A stretch of 40,703 nt of DNA from Pseudonocardiaceae bacterium (GTDB lineage Bacteria > Actinomycetota > Actinomycetes > Mycobacteriales > Pseudonocardiaceae). The DNA lies in NCBI GenBank assembly GCA_035640615.1, contig DASQVU010000188.1:1-40703 (forward strand), read 5' to 3'. This document shows, piece by piece, positions 11,745 through 21,318 of the stretch. Under the pieces are notes generated by a model. The model worked only from the letters and a program-made list of their open reading frames with translations, was not told where the DNA came from and did no database searches. A program made the translations under genes and the position numbers. Within the stretch, counting starts at the first letter, position 1. Each line of letters starts with the position of its first letter.

Positions 11745-11971
11745 TCATCACCCGACAGCGACTTCGACCGGCAGCTAGCTGAGCATGGCCGCGCGATGAG
11801 TGCCGGTTTCTGACCTGGCCATCGTCCAGAGCTCCCTAGCAAGGCCGCCAGGACGCCGGTCGGGTAGCTGCCCAAGGCTAATAGGATTTGGACCGGGAGA
11901 GCTGGTTTTGCTGTGCTGTGGGTGATGTCCATGTCCCGCGCCGCGCCGTATCGACGCCTGGAGGTCACCAC

Positions 11972-13183
11972 GTGACTGCCATCCCGACGATGAACGTGGA
12001 CCCGTTCACTGCCACCGGTTCAGGTCGGCGCCAGGCCGCTTACGCTGCACTGGCCGCAGCCGGCCCGGTGCACCGGATCACTCTCCCCGGTGGTCAGCCG
12101 GTCTGGCTGATTACCGGCCATCAGGAGGTGCGCCAGGCGCTGCACGACCCGCGGATCATCAAACGGGAAGCGACGGGTGCCATCCTTGGCGGTGGCTTGC
12201 TGTCCGCCGAAGTGATCGCCGCGACGTGCAGTCACATGCTCAACAGCAACGGCTCCGACCACCTCCGGCTGCGCCGGTTGGTTACTGCTGCGTTTACCCG
12301 CCGCCGTATCGAGCAGCTCGCGCCGCGCATCCAGCAGATCACCGACGAGCTGCTGGATGCGATGGCCGACGCGGCCCAGGTCGACCTGATCGACGCGTTC
12401 GCCTACCCGCTGCCGATCACCGTGATCTGCGAGCTACTCGGCGTGCCGGCGCAGCGCCGCGGGCAGTTCCGCGACCTCTCTTCCGTCACGGCTGGGAGGG
12501 GAGTGCTGGGCGATCCGGACGTGTTCGTCGCGGCGAGCAGCGCCATGGTCAGCTTGCTGCGGGATCTGGTTGCCGCCAAGCGAGCTCACCCCACCGACGA
12601 CTTGCTCTCCTCGCTGGTGGCCGTCCGCGACGGCGCAGACCAGTTGTCGGAAGACGAGCTCACCTCGATGGCGTGGCTGCTGCTCGTCGCCGGTCACGAG
12701 ACCACCGTCAACCTGATCGGCAACGGGGTCCTCGCGTTGCTCACCCACCCCGAGCAGCTGGCGCTGCTGCGCGCGCAGCCGGATCGACTCGGTACCGCAA
12801 TCGAAGAACTGCTGCGCTTCAACGGGCCGCTGCAAGTAGCGACCCCTCGCCGCACCACCGAGCCGGTGGACCTCGGTGGGATCACCATCCCAGCAGGTCA
12901 GATCGTGCTCCCCGGTCTGCTCGCCGCCAACCGCGATCCGGCGTGCACCGCGCAGCCCGACACGTTCGACATCACCCGCACCGACAACCCGCACCTGGCC
13001 TTCGGGCACGGAATCCACCACTGCCTCGGGGCACCGTTGGCCCGGCTGGAAGGCCGCATCGCACTGGGCAGCCTGCTCGCCCGCTTTCCCCGGCTTCGGT
13101 TAGCCGTACCGCCGGAACAGCTGACCTGGCGACCCGGCGTGCTCCCGCATGGGCTCGACGCGCTGCCCGTCGTCCTGCACTGA
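11972..13183 (+). CDS. cytochrome P450
   Basis: It has the heme-binding loop FGHGIHHCLGAPLARLE, the I-helix LLLVAGHETT and ELLRF (ExxR). The GTG at 11972 is preceded by GGAGG. Alternative starts are ATG 11990 and the longest ORF at 11888. Confidence 0.9.
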   Translation: MTAIPTMNVDPFTATGSGRRQAAYAALAAAGPVHRITLPGGQPVWLITGHQEVRQALHDPRIIKREATGAILGGGLLSAEVIAATCSHMLNSNGSDHLRLRRLVTAAFTRRRIEQLAPRIQQITDELLDAMADAAQVDLIDAFAYPLPITVICELLGVPAQRRGQFRDLSSVTAGRGVLGDPDVFVAASSAMVSLLRDLVAAKRAHPTDDLLSSLVAVRDGADQLSEDELTSMAWLLLVAGHETTVNLIGNGVLALLTHPEQLALLRAQPDRLGTAIEELLRFNGPLQVATPRRTTEPVDLGGITIPAGQIVLPGLLAANRDPACTAQPDTFDITRTDNPHLAFGHGIHHCLGAPLARLEGRIALGSLLARFPRLRLAVPPEQLTWRPGVLPHGLDALPVVLH

Positions 13184-13432
13184 CTGGCCGGTGAGCCATA
13201 TTGCGTCTCGATCATCACCTGGCCCGCCCAGACCGCTCGCAATCGTGGTCGGGTCCGTGGGTCATCTCGCTTCGCTCGCCGACCGTATTGAACGCTGACT
13301 AGCCCCAGGGAACCGGCTGCATCTCGACGGACCACTCGAGGGAGCCCAGCGAACAATTGAAAGCTCTATCGGTCCGTCAGCATGTGCTGTTACAGCTGTA
13401 ACGAACAGGAATTTTTTGACGAAACAGCGAGC

Positions 13433-13930
13433 ATGTTGCCGATAGCTCCGCGTTCTAAAGCCCGAAGAATACTAACCGCATTGGCAATGTGCAGCGCCGT
13501 TTTCGGGAGCGGCGCATCGATTGCCGCATGTCAAAATGCGACCACGGCGCAACCACCCGGACCGCAATTGCCCGCAGCGGCTGCCAGCGCTGCGGCGACG
13601 CCGACACCATTCCCGGTGACGCCGGCGCCTCCCCCGACGACGACAACGCTGGTGACCACGCCGCCGCCGGCACCACCTGCCGCGCTGGTGACACCGAAAC
13701 CCACCGTCGCAGCAGCCGCACCAGCGGTGTCAGCTGCGCCAACGCAGGCCAGCACGCCCTGTGCCGGGGACTACTACCGCAACAGCGACGGCAACTGTGT
13801 CCACCGGCCTCAGCAAGCCGCCACCGCCCCGCCGGGCGCCACCGCGCAGTGCAAGGACGGCACCTACAGCTTCAGCCAACATCGGCCAGGCACCTGCTCA
13901 GGCCACCGCGGCGTCGCGCAATGGTTGTAA
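13433..13930 (+). CDS. DUF3761 lipoprotein with Pro/Thr/Ala-rich linker
   Basis: The signal plus lipobox reads MLPIAPRSKARRILTALAMCSAVFGSGASIAAC. A low-complexity PT-rich linker follows. The C-terminus ATAQCKDGTYSFSQHRPGTCSGHRGVAQWL is the DUF3761 signature. Confidence 0.75.
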   Translation: MLPIAPRSKARRILTALAMCSAVFGSGASIAACQNATTAQPPGPQLPAAAASAAATPTPFPVTPAPPPTTTTLVTTPPPAPPAALVTPKPTVAAAAPAVSAAPTQASTPCAGDYYRNSDGNCVHRPQQAATAPPGATAQCKDGTYSFSQHRPGTCSGHRGVAQWL

Positions 13931-13936
13931 TCAGCG

Positions 13937-16054
13937 TCAATACTGGCAGCGCAGCACGAGCATCGCTCGGGCCTGCACCCGTAACCGGCCACCCGCCACG
14001 GCGTCGCGTTGCCTGCGCCGGGCATTGGCCAGCAGTGGATCAGCAGTGTCCACCACGATCTCCCAGCTGCCGCCGTACGTCGAGTCAGGCAGGCTGAAGG
14101 TGATCGGCCGGTGGTGAGCATTGATGAGCAGTAGAAACGAATCGTCGATAATCCGCTCGCCGAGAGCGTCGCGCTCGGGAATGCCCCGTCCGTTGAGGAA
14201 TATCCCGACGGTCTTGGCGAACCCGGCATTCCAATCTTCGTCACTCATTTGCTGCCCGTCAGGGCGTAGCCAGGCGATGTCCTCGATATTGGACCCCCGA
14301 ATCGGGCGGCCCTGAAAGAACCGCCGCCGGCGAAATACCGGGTGGGCAGCACGCAGCCGGGTAAGCGCGGCGGTGAACTCAGTGAGAACCGAATGGTGAC
14401 GAGCGTCGTCCCAATCCACCCAGCTGATTTCGCTATCCTGACAGTACACATTGTTGTTGCCGCGCTGGGTGCGGCCGAATTCGTCCCCGTGCGCGAGCAT
14501 GGGGACGCCTTGAGAAAGTAACAAGGTGGCCAGCATGTTGCGCTTCTGACGTTCCCGCAACGCGACAATCTTACCGTCTTCGGTGGGACCCTCGACGCCG
14601 CAGTTCCACGACCGGTTATGGCTTTCTCCATCGCGGTTATCTTCGCCGTTGGCTTCATTGTGCTTGTGGTTGTACGACACCAGGTCGTTCAACGTAAATC
14701 CGTCGTGAGCGGTCACGAAATTGATCGAGGCGATGGGCCGGCGGTTGTCCGCCTCGTAGAGATCCGACGAGCCGGTGAATCGGGATGCAAACTCAGCAAG
14801 CGTGGCCGGCTCACCGCGCCAGAAATCGCGCACGGTATCGCGGTATTTGCCGTTCCACTCGGTCCACAACGGCGGGAAGCGGCCGACCTGATAACCGCCC
14901 TCGCCGACGTCCCACGGTTCCGCGATCAGCTTGACCTGGCTGACCACCGGATCCTGGTTGACCAGGTCGAAGAACGCCGCCAGCCGATCCACTTCGTGGA
15001 ACTCCCGGGCCAGCGTGGCCGCCAGGTCGAACCGGAAGCCGTCCACGTGCATGTCGATCACCCAGTACCGCAGCGAATCCATGATCAGCCGCAGCGGCTC
15101 GGGATGGCGGACGTTGAGGCTGTTTCCGGTGCCGGTGGTGTCGTAATAGTGTCTCGGATCTCCCTGGACCAGTCGGTAGTAGGCCGGATTGTCGATGCCC
15201 CGGAACGATAGCGTCGGTCCTAGGTGATTGCCCTCGGCGGTGTGGTTGTAGACTACATCCAGAATGACCTCGATCCCGGCCTGATGAAGTGACCGGACCA
15301 TGGACTTGAATTCCTGCACCTGCTGGCCACGGGTGCCGAAACAGGCGTAATCGTTGTGCGGGGCAAAGAAACCGATGGTGTTGTAACCCCAGTAGTTGGA
15401 CAATCCACGATCCACCAGCGTGGAATCATGCACGAACTGGTGCACCGGCATGAGCTCCACCGCGGTGATCCCGAGATCACGGAAATGTTTGATCATGACT
15501 GGATGGGCGATACCGGCATAGGTGCCGCGGACGTCCTCGGGGATGCGAGGGTGCAGCATGGTCATACCCTTGACATGCGCCTCGTAAATCACCGTCTGGT
15601 GGTAGGGAATCCGCGGCGGCCGATCGTCGTTCCAATCGAAGAAAGGATTGGTTACCACCGAGGTCATCGCGTAGGGCGCGGAATCGTCGTCATTGTAGGA
15701 GTCCGGGTCACCGAACCGGTACGAAAACAGCGCCTCGTTCCACTTGATGTGGCCGTCGATCGCCTTGGCATACGGATCGAGGAGTAGCTTGTTTGGGTTG
15801 CACCGCAGACCCGACCCCGGGTCGTACGGGCCGTGCACCCGGTAGGCGTAGCGCTGGCCTGGACCCACCCGCGGGAGGTAGCCATGCCAGACGAAGCCAT
15901 CGCGCTCGGGCAGGGTGATCCGGGTCTCCTTGCCACTGTCGTCGAACAGGCACAGCTCGATGCGGTGCGCAATCTCAGAAAAGATGGAGAAGTTGGTCCC
16001 GCCACCGTCGTAGGTCGCACCCAGGGGGTACGACCTGCCAGGCCAGATGTACAC
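13937..16054 (-). CDS. glgX: glycogen debranching enzyme
   Basis: The 705-aa ORF starts IWPGRSYPLGATYDGGGTNFSIFSE. It has GH13 catalytic regions (VILDVVYNHTAEG, GFRFDLA, AEPWD, FVTAHDGF). Confidence 0.95.
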   Translation of the reverse strand: MYIWPGRSYPLGATYDGGGTNFSIFSEIAHRIELCLFDDSGKETRITLPERDGFVWHGYLPRVGPGQRYAYRVHGPYDPGSGLRCNPNKLLLDPYAKAIDGHIKWNEALFSYRFGDPDSYNDDDSAPYAMTSVVTNPFFDWNDDRPPRIPYHQTVIYEAHVKGMTMLHPRIPEDVRGTYAGIAHPVMIKHFRDLGITAVELMPVHQFVHDSTLVDRGLSNYWGYNTIGFFAPHNDYACFGTRGQQVQEFKSMVRSLHQAGIEVILDVVYNHTAEGNHLGPTLSFRGIDNPAYYRLVQGDPRHYYDTTGTGNSLNVRHPEPLRLIMDSLRYWVIDMHVDGFRFDLAATLAREFHEVDRLAAFFDLVNQDPVVSQVKLIAEPWDVGEGGYQVGRFPPLWTEWNGKYRDTVRDFWRGEPATLAEFASRFTGSSDLYEADNRRPIASINFVTAHDGFTLNDLVSYNHKHNEANGEDNRDGESHNRSWNCGVEGPTEDGKIVALRERQKRNMLATLLLSQGVPMLAHGDEFGRTQRGNNNVYCQDSEISWVDWDDARHHSVLTEFTAALTRLRAAHPVFRRRRFFQGRPIRGSNIEDIAWLRPDGQQMSDEDWNAGFAKTVGIFLNGRGIPERDALGERIIDDSFLLLINAHHRPITFSLPDSTYGGSWEIVVDTADPLLANARRRQRDAVAGGRLRVQARAMLVLRCQY

Positions 16055-16226
16055 GTACCCTCCGCTGATCCGCGATGTTGGTGCGGCGAGCCGTAGCCGC
16101 CCGGCAATGTCTTTCTATCGTCTACACACTGCGTTCGCCAGCGCAAACCGAGCGCGATACCACGGCGTGCGAAATTCAATGGCCTGAGACAATGACCGGA
16201 TACGCCATGGCAAGGAGGAACACCGG

Positions 16227-17993
16227 TTGACTGAGCACGAGGTCCCCTCGCTGACCAGGCTCGTCGAAGTCGCGGTGTCCGGCGCGATCAGTCGAGCCGT
16301 TCCCGAGGCGGCCGGCGCGGACCCCGTGGTCAGGCGTTCCGAGTACGCCGATTTTCAGTCCAACGCTGCGCTGGCGCTGGCCAAACGCACCCGTACCAAG
16401 CCAGCAGCGCTAGCCGCGACCGTGTCTGAGGCGCTGCGCGCTGATCCCGGCACTGCGGTGGCTGAGGTCGCGATCTCTGGGCCCGGATTCTTGAACCTGA
16501 CGCTGGCCGAGCCCGCCCTGTGGCGGCAGGTCACCGCCCGGCTGGCCAGCCCGCGTCTGGGCGTCGGCAACCCCGAGCAGGGCCAGCGCACCGTCGTCGA
16601 CTACTCCGGACCCAACATCGCCAAGGAGATGCATGTCGGCCATCTGCGCACCACCATCATCGGTGACTGCCTGGTCCGCGTGCTGGGATTTCTCGGTGCG
16701 GACGTGATTCGGCAAAACCATCTCGGCGACTGGGGCACCCAGTTCGGGATGCTCATCCAGTACCTCGAGGAGCATCCCGAAGCCAGCTGGCACCACGATC
16801 AACTCAGTGCTGGCACCTCGACTGTCTCGGCACTGGATGACCTCTACCGCGCTGCGCGCGCCGCGTTCGACGCCGACCCGGCCTTCGCCGAACGGGCCCG
16901 GGCCCGGGTGGTGGCGTTGCAGGCCGGCGACGAGGACACCATCGCCCGCTGGAAGGAGATCGTCACCGAGTCTGAGTTTGCCTTCGACGCTATCTACCAC
17001 CGGCTCGGGGTGCTGCTGGAGCCCGAGGATGCCGACGGCGAGTCGTTCTACAACTCCATGCTGCCCGATGTCGTCGACGAGCTGACCACGGCCGGCATCG
17101 CGGTGGAAAGCGACGGCGCGCTGGTGATGTTCTCCAATGAGGTCACCGGTCCCGACGGCAACCCAGCCACCCTCATGGTGCGCAAGCAGGACGGCGGCTA
17201 CGGTTACGACACCACCGACCTGGCCGCCATCCGGTATCGCATCCGCGACCTCAAGGCGGACCGTGTCCTGTACGTGGTCGATGCCCGCCAGGCTCTGCAC
17301 TTCCGGCTCATCTTCGAGGCGGCCCGCCGCGCCGGCTGGCTTACCGACGGCATCGAAGCCACCCACGTCAGCTACGGCACCGTGCTCGGCCCCGACGGGC
17401 GGCCGTTCAAGACCCGCTCCGGGGGCACCGTCAAGCTCATGGAACTGCTGGATGCCGCCGTTGACCGGGCTAAAGCCAGCGTTTCCGAGAAAGTGCACGA
17501 TCTCACCGACGACGAGTTAGCCCAGATCGCCGAGCAGGCCGGCATCGGCGCAGTCAAGTACGCGGATCTGTCCACTTCCCGTACCAAGGATTATGTGTTC
17601 GACGTCGAGCGCATGGTGTCGTTCAACGGCAACACCGGGGTCTACCTGCAATACGCGCACACCCGCATCTGCTCCATCCTGCGCAAAGCCGGCGAGGCCA
17701 ACTCTGACGTCGACCCCACACTGCCACTGCACCCCGCGGAACGGGCTGTCATCCTCGCCGCAGATGCCTTCGGCGACGTCCTCGCTGAAGTCGGCCGCGT
17801 GCTGGAACCGCACCGGCTGTGCGGGCACCTGTACGAGCTGGCGAAGGCCTTTACCGACTTCTACGAAGCGTGCCCGGTGCTGGCGGCCGACGAACCCGTC
17901 CGCGCTAACCGCCTCGCGCTGTGCCAGCTGTCCGCTCGCACCCTGCGTCAAGGGTTGAATCTGCTGGGCATTGCGGCGCCCGAACGCATGTAA
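16227..17993 (+). CDS. argS: arginine--tRNA ligase
   Basis: It has the class-I HIGH-type motif (EMHVGHLR), an ArgRS N-terminal domain and a DALR anticodon-binding C-terminus. The TTG start is preceded by AAGGAGG. Confidence 0.95.
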   Translation: MTEHEVPSLTRLVEVAVSGAISRAVPEAAGADPVVRRSEYADFQSNAALALAKRTRTKPAALAATVSEALRADPGTAVAEVAISGPGFLNLTLAEPALWRQVTARLASPRLGVGNPEQGQRTVVDYSGPNIAKEMHVGHLRTTIIGDCLVRVLGFLGADVIRQNHLGDWGTQFGMLIQYLEEHPEASWHHDQLSAGTSTVSALDDLYRAARAAFDADPAFAERARARVVALQAGDEDTIARWKEIVTESEFAFDAIYHRLGVLLEPEDADGESFYNSMLPDVVDELTTAGIAVESDGALVMFSNEVTGPDGNPATLMVRKQDGGYGYDTTDLAAIRYRIRDLKADRVLYVVDARQALHFRLIFEAARRAGWLTDGIEATHVSYGTVLGPDGRPFKTRSGGTVKLMELLDAAVDRAKASVSEKVHDLTDDELAQIAEQAGIGAVKYADLSTSRTKDYVFDVERMVSFNGNTGVYLQYAHTRICSILRKAGEANSDVDPTLPLHPAERAVILAADAFGDVLAEVGRVLEPHRLCGHLYELAKAFTDFYEACPVLAADEPVRANRLALCQLSARTLRQGLNLLGIAAPERM

Positions 17994-18020
17994 CAGGCCC
18001 CGTCGGGGAAATACGGCGTC

Positions 18021-18386
18021 ATGACCAATACGGGAATCCGGATCCGGCGGGTCTACGACCACCCGGCCTCAGACGACGGCAGCCGGGTGCTCGTGGACCG
18101 GATATGGCCGCGCGGGCTGTCCAAGGAGGCCGCCCACCTGGACCAGTGGATCAAAGCCGCCGCCCCGTCCACCGAGCTGCGCAGGTGGTACGGGCACGAC
18201 CGGGAGAAGTTCCCGCAATTTCGCGCCCGCTACCGCGCCGAGCTGGCCGCGCCGGCCAGCCAGCCGGCGTTGGCTCAGCTGCGCCAGCTCGCTGCCGATC
18301 GGCCGCTGACCCTGCTCACCGCAACGAAAGACATCGAGCACAGCCATGCCGCGGTGCTCGCCGACGTCCTCACCGAATCGCCATGA
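18021..18386 (+). CDS. DUF488 (YeaO-like) family protein
   Basis: The sequence IRIRRVYD....DG.RVLVDRIWPRGLSKE.A.LD.W.K..APS.ELRRW..H is the DUF488 pattern. The ORF is 121 aa. Confidence 0.8.
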   Translation: MTNTGIRIRRVYDHPASDDGSRVLVDRIWPRGLSKEAAHLDQWIKAAAPSTELRRWYGHDREKFPQFRARYRAELAAPASQPALAQLRQLAADRPLTLLTATKDIEHSHAAVLADVLTESP

Positions 18387-18544
18387 ACGCACCGGAACCC
18401 GATGAAGTTGGCGACGCCGCCTGCTGGTTGGCGCGAGTGTGCCCATCTTGCGGCCGGCTTGCCGACTCCGATCCGCCGACCGTGTGCAGCTCCTGCGGCA
18501 CCGAGATCACCGACGACCAGGCCGACTGGCCGATTACGTCGTGA
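18383..18544 (+). CDS. small zinc-ribbon protein (53 aa), translationally coupled to the DUF488 gene
   Basis: Its ATG overlaps the DUF488 stop (ATGA at 18383-18386). The product is MNAPEPDEVGDAACWLARVCPSCGRLADSDPPTVCSSCGTEITDDQADWPITS, with two CxxC pairs. It is part of a longer shadow ORF in the track. Confidence 0.5.
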   Translation: MNAPEPDEVGDAACWLARVCPSCGRLADSDPPTVCSSCGTEITDDQADWPITS

Positions 18545-19823
18545 CCGAAGCGTCGAGCAAGTGCTCGACGGCAGCCAGCTTGATGCACAGGACCAGCCCA
18601 TCCAGCGCTTCGGCCAGCTCCGGCAGCGGCGGGTAGGTGGGCGCAAGCCGGATTACCCGATCGTCGGGGTCCTTGCCGTACGGAAACGGCGCACCCGCTG
18701 CGGTCAGCGCGATGCCCGCTCCGGCGGCCAGCGCGACGACCCGGCTGGCGCAGCCATCCAGCACGTTGAGGCTCACGAAGTAGCCGCCCTCGGGCACCGT
18801 CCAGCTCGCCACCCCAAGGTCGCCCAGCTGGTCACCGAGGGTGCGCTGGACGAGATCGAACTTCGGTTTGAGCAGCGCCCGGTGCCGTGCCATGTGGGCG
18901 TGCACACCGGTGGCGGTCCGCAGGAACAGCGCGTGACGCAGCTGGTTGACCTTATCCGGGCCGATCGTGCGTTTGGCCAGATGCCCGGTCAGCCAGTCCA
19001 CATTGTTCTTTGACGCTCCGTAGAACGCTATGCCGCTCCCCGCAAACGTGATCTTCGATGTCGAGCCGAACACGAACGGCCGATCAGCGTGGCCGGCCGT
19101 GCTGGCTAGCTGCAGGATGTCCGCAATCTCGTGGCGAACCTCAGTCAGATGGTGCACGGCGTAGGCGTTGTCCCAGAAGATCCGGAAGTCGTCGGCGGCG
19201 GTGGGCATCCCGGCCAGCCGGGCGGCGGTCTGCTCGGAGTACCGGATCCCGGAGGGGTTGCTGTACTTAGGGACGCACCAGATCCCCTTGATCCTGGCGT
19301 CCGTCGCCACCAGCCGCTCCACCTCGTCCATATCCGGCCCAGCCGCGTTCATCGGCACAGTGATCATCTCAATGCCCAGCTTCTCGCACAGCGCGAAGTG
19401 CCGGTCGTAGCCGGGCACCGGGCACACGAACGCCGTTGCGCTGCCCAACCCCCACGGCTGCACCGACCCGGGCACTCCGAACAGCACCGCATGGACCAGG
19501 CATTCGTGCATCAGCTCCAGGCTGGAGTTCCCGAATGCGATCAGCTGCTCAACAGGCACCTGCAGCAGCTCGCCGAAGATCTTGCGTAGCTCCACCAGCC
19601 CCCGCAGTCCTCCGTAGTTGCGGGTATCTGTGCCGTCGCCAGCCAGGTACCGGCCCGCTCCTGGCAGCTCCAGCAGCGCCTCGGACAGGTCCAGCTGCAC
19701 GGCCGAAGGCTTACCCCTGGTGAGGTCGAGAGCGAACCCCCGTGCCTGCAGCGTCTCGTACTCGCGGCGCAGGTCCTCGCGGTAGCGTGCCAGTTCACTG
19801 GTGGATAGGCGAGTCAGGTTCAC
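18534..19823 (-). CDS. PLP-dependent aminotransferase (class I/II fold; Asp-aminotransferase-like family with the LDLTRGKPS..QLDLS N-terminal motif)
   Basis: The N-terminal motif LDLTRGKPSAVQLDLSE is present, and STSKITFAGSGIAF carries the PLP-lysine context. The GTG at 19823 (VNLTRLSTSEL) is preferred. The longest ORF starts with TTG at 19853. Confidence 0.85.
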   Translation of the reverse strand: MNLTRLSTSELARYREDLRREYETLQARGFALDLTRGKPSAVQLDLSEALLELPGAGRYLAGDGTDTRNYGGLRGLVELRKIFGELLQVPVEQLIAFGNSSLELMHECLVHAVLFGVPGSVQPWGLGSATAFVCPVPGYDRHFALCEKLGIEMITVPMNAAGPDMDEVERLVATDARIKGIWCVPKYSNPSGIRYSEQTAARLAGMPTAADDFRIFWDNAYAVHHLTEVRHEIADILQLASTAGHADRPFVFGSTSKITFAGSGIAFYGASKNNVDWLTGHLAKRTIGPDKVNQLRHALFLRTATGVHAHMARHRALLKPKFDLVQRTLGDQLGDLGVASWTVPEGGYFVSLNVLDGCASRVVALAAGAGIALTAAGAPFPYGKDPDDRVIRLAPTYPPLPELAEALDGLVLCIKLAAVEHLLDASVTT

Positions 19824-19894
19824 CTCTGCATCATCCCTGGCGGGAACCCACAACGCCGGGTTGTTCTTCGACCAAGGGTCCCTAGTCTGGCGTC

Positions 19895-20545
19895 ATGAGC
19901 GACCGACGCCATCCCTGGAAGACCCGTCAGCGACAACGCTGGCAGCGCTACTGGAACCGGCATGCGCACACCTACGACCGCGAGATGGCGGTGCTGGACC
20001 GCGTACTCTTCCGCGATACCCGCCGGTGGATCTGCGCCCAGGCCACGGGCCAGGTACTCGAAGTGGCTATTGGCACCGGTCTCAACATCGGGCTCTACCC
20101 GCCCGGTATCGCGCTCACCGGTGTCGATCTCAGTCCTGGCATGCTGGCGATCGCCCGGCACCGCGCTCACGAGCTCGGGCGCACCGTCGAGCTGCAATGC
20201 GGCGACGCGGAAGCGTTGGCCTTCCCCGATGCATCCTTCGACACCGTCGTGTGCACGTTTTCGCTCTGTGCAATCCCCGACCACCAGCAGGCGCTTACGG
20301 AAATGGTGCGAGTGTTGCGTCCGGGAGGGCTGCTGCTCCTCGCCGACCACGTCGCCGCTGCCCATCCAGCGTTGCGTGCCGTGCAGGGCATCGCGGAACT
20401 GGTCAGCGTTCCACTCGGTGGCGAGCATTTCCGGCGGCGGCCAATCGAGTTGGTCCGATCCGCCGGATTAGGGATCGAACATCACGACCGGTTCGCCGCC
20501 GGCGTCGTGGAGCGGCTCTCCGCGCGCGTGCCCCACGCTCGGTAA
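19895..20545 (+). CDS. class I SAM-dependent methyltransferase
   Basis: It has motif I VLEVAIGTGLN, a post-I acidic residue and LRPGGLLLLADH. The ORF is 216 aa. Confidence 0.85.
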   Translation: MSDRRHPWKTRQRQRWQRYWNRHAHTYDREMAVLDRVLFRDTRRWICAQATGQVLEVAIGTGLNIGLYPPGIALTGVDLSPGMLAIARHRAHELGRTVELQCGDAEALAFPDASFDTVVCTFSLCAIPDHQQALTEMVRVLRPGGLLLLADHVAAAHPALRAVQGIAELVSVPLGGEHFRRRPIELVRSAGLGIEHHDRFAAGVVERLSARVPHAR

Positions 20546-20628
20546 CTCCGCTATGAGAGCAACGGCCATTCCGATACAACTGCCATAGTGCACGGGAAGG
20601 CCGTTGCCCGGTCACCGCCGATTGTCAT

Positions 20629-20721
20629 CAGAGGATGCCTCCAAGAAGGCCGCTTACCAGGCTGGTAATGCTGGTGAGAACGCCGCTAAGAATGTCACCC
20701 AGATTCCCCAATAGTCCCATG
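20629..20721 (-). CDS. 30-aa Gly/Leu/Ser-rich hydrophobic peptide (MGLLGNLGDILSGVLTSITSLVSGLLGGIL)
   Basis: The ATG is preceded by AAAGGAGGAGTC, a near-perfect actinobacterial SD. It lies in an AT-richer islet downstream of a consensus promoter. It is too short for the ORF track and there is no homology evidence. Confidence 0.45.
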
Positions 20722-20878
20722 ACTCCTCCTTTCGAGTTCTCCATCAATCCCACTTCGAACCTGAGGCAGCTGTACACCCGCCGACCCCATTCTCGGACGC
20801 CGATTACTTGTCTTCCATATAAGGGTGCGTCGGCGACGCGACTAGTCGAGTTTCATGCTTGCGCATTGCCCGCGGCGA

Positions 20879-20908
20879 ATAGTAGGCGTGCGCAGAAGCC
20901 GATGTCAA
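20879..20908 (-). promoter_or_regulatory. sigma-70/SigA-type promoter TTGACA-N18-TACTAT reading toward the small peptide
   Basis: The minus strand reads TTGACA tcggcttctgcgcacgcc TACTAT, with -35 at 20903-20908 and -10 at 20879-20884. It would give a leader of about 150 nt ahead of the ATG at 20721. Confidence 0.4.
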
Positions 20909-21284
20909 TAACACTCACCTGCAACATCCGAGACGGACAATACCTGATCTTTTGTAAAATTGGCACTGCGATACCGGCCGGCGACTGACAGTATCAAAGC
21001 CTGAAGCCAAGCGAAACACGGCGAGAACAGCCGAGGAACCAGCCGCGTCGAAACCCCGCCCTGCAAGAATCGCAGGAAAAACGCATGAAATGGAAGTAAC
21101 GAAACGGCGTGGCGACGTGGTCGGTCAGGGTCGTGGCCTCGTGGCGTTCACGTCCACGCGAGGTAGGAGTTGACCCGTATACAAATGACGCGCCACATCT
21201 ACACAGGCGGCGAAATAACTTCAGCACCACCTGGATGCCTGGCGGCGCTCGGCGCGCTCATTGAGGTTCAGGTAGGCATAAACA

Positions 21285-21318
21285 ATGGGGCCCCGGTCCA
21301 TCTGGACCGGGGCCCCAT
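21285..21318 (-). terminator. intrinsic terminator-like hairpin (about 15-bp perfect GC-rich stem) downstream of the 21343..22197 gene
   Basis: ATGGGGCCCCGGTCCA (21285-21300) pairs with TGGACCGGGGCCCCAT (21303-21318). On the minus strand it is followed by TGTTTAT. It sits 25 nt past the stop at 21343. Confidence 0.6.

Noticed and set aside
13560-13740. A low-complexity CCG/ACC/GCC-rich repeat tract that could be mistaken for a tandem-repeat locus.
   Set aside because: It is the in-frame Pro/Thr/Ala-rich linker of the DUF3761 lipoprotein. There is no regular unit length or spacer structure.
20559-20608. The inverted repeat GCAACGGCC...GGCCGTTGC as a shared terminator for the 19895..20545 methyltransferase and the small peptide.
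   Set aside because: The 9-bp stem has a 32-nt loop and no flanking T/U run, which is too weak to call a terminator.
20748-20770. A short resemblance to the tRNA fragment/junction. TTCGAACC followed by TGAGGCAGC occurs in the same order and orientation as at 37696-37730, hinting at a second att copy that would make 20.7-37.7 kb an island.
   Set aside because: Only 8- and 9-nt matches are separated by a 17-nt gap relative to the tRNA segment. The T-arm cannot fold, and part of the match lies in non-tRNA flank. Such matches are plausible by chance in 40 kb on two strands. Orientation logic also places the island on the other side.
20635-20988. A 117-aa plus-strand ORF and a 78-aa minus-strand ORF (20994..21230) in the AT-richer islet.
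   Set aside because: Neither has an SD. Composition is odd (Pro/Arg/Thr-rich or Cys/Arg/Phe-rich), codon bias is poor, and the first is antisense to the much better supported small peptide ORF.
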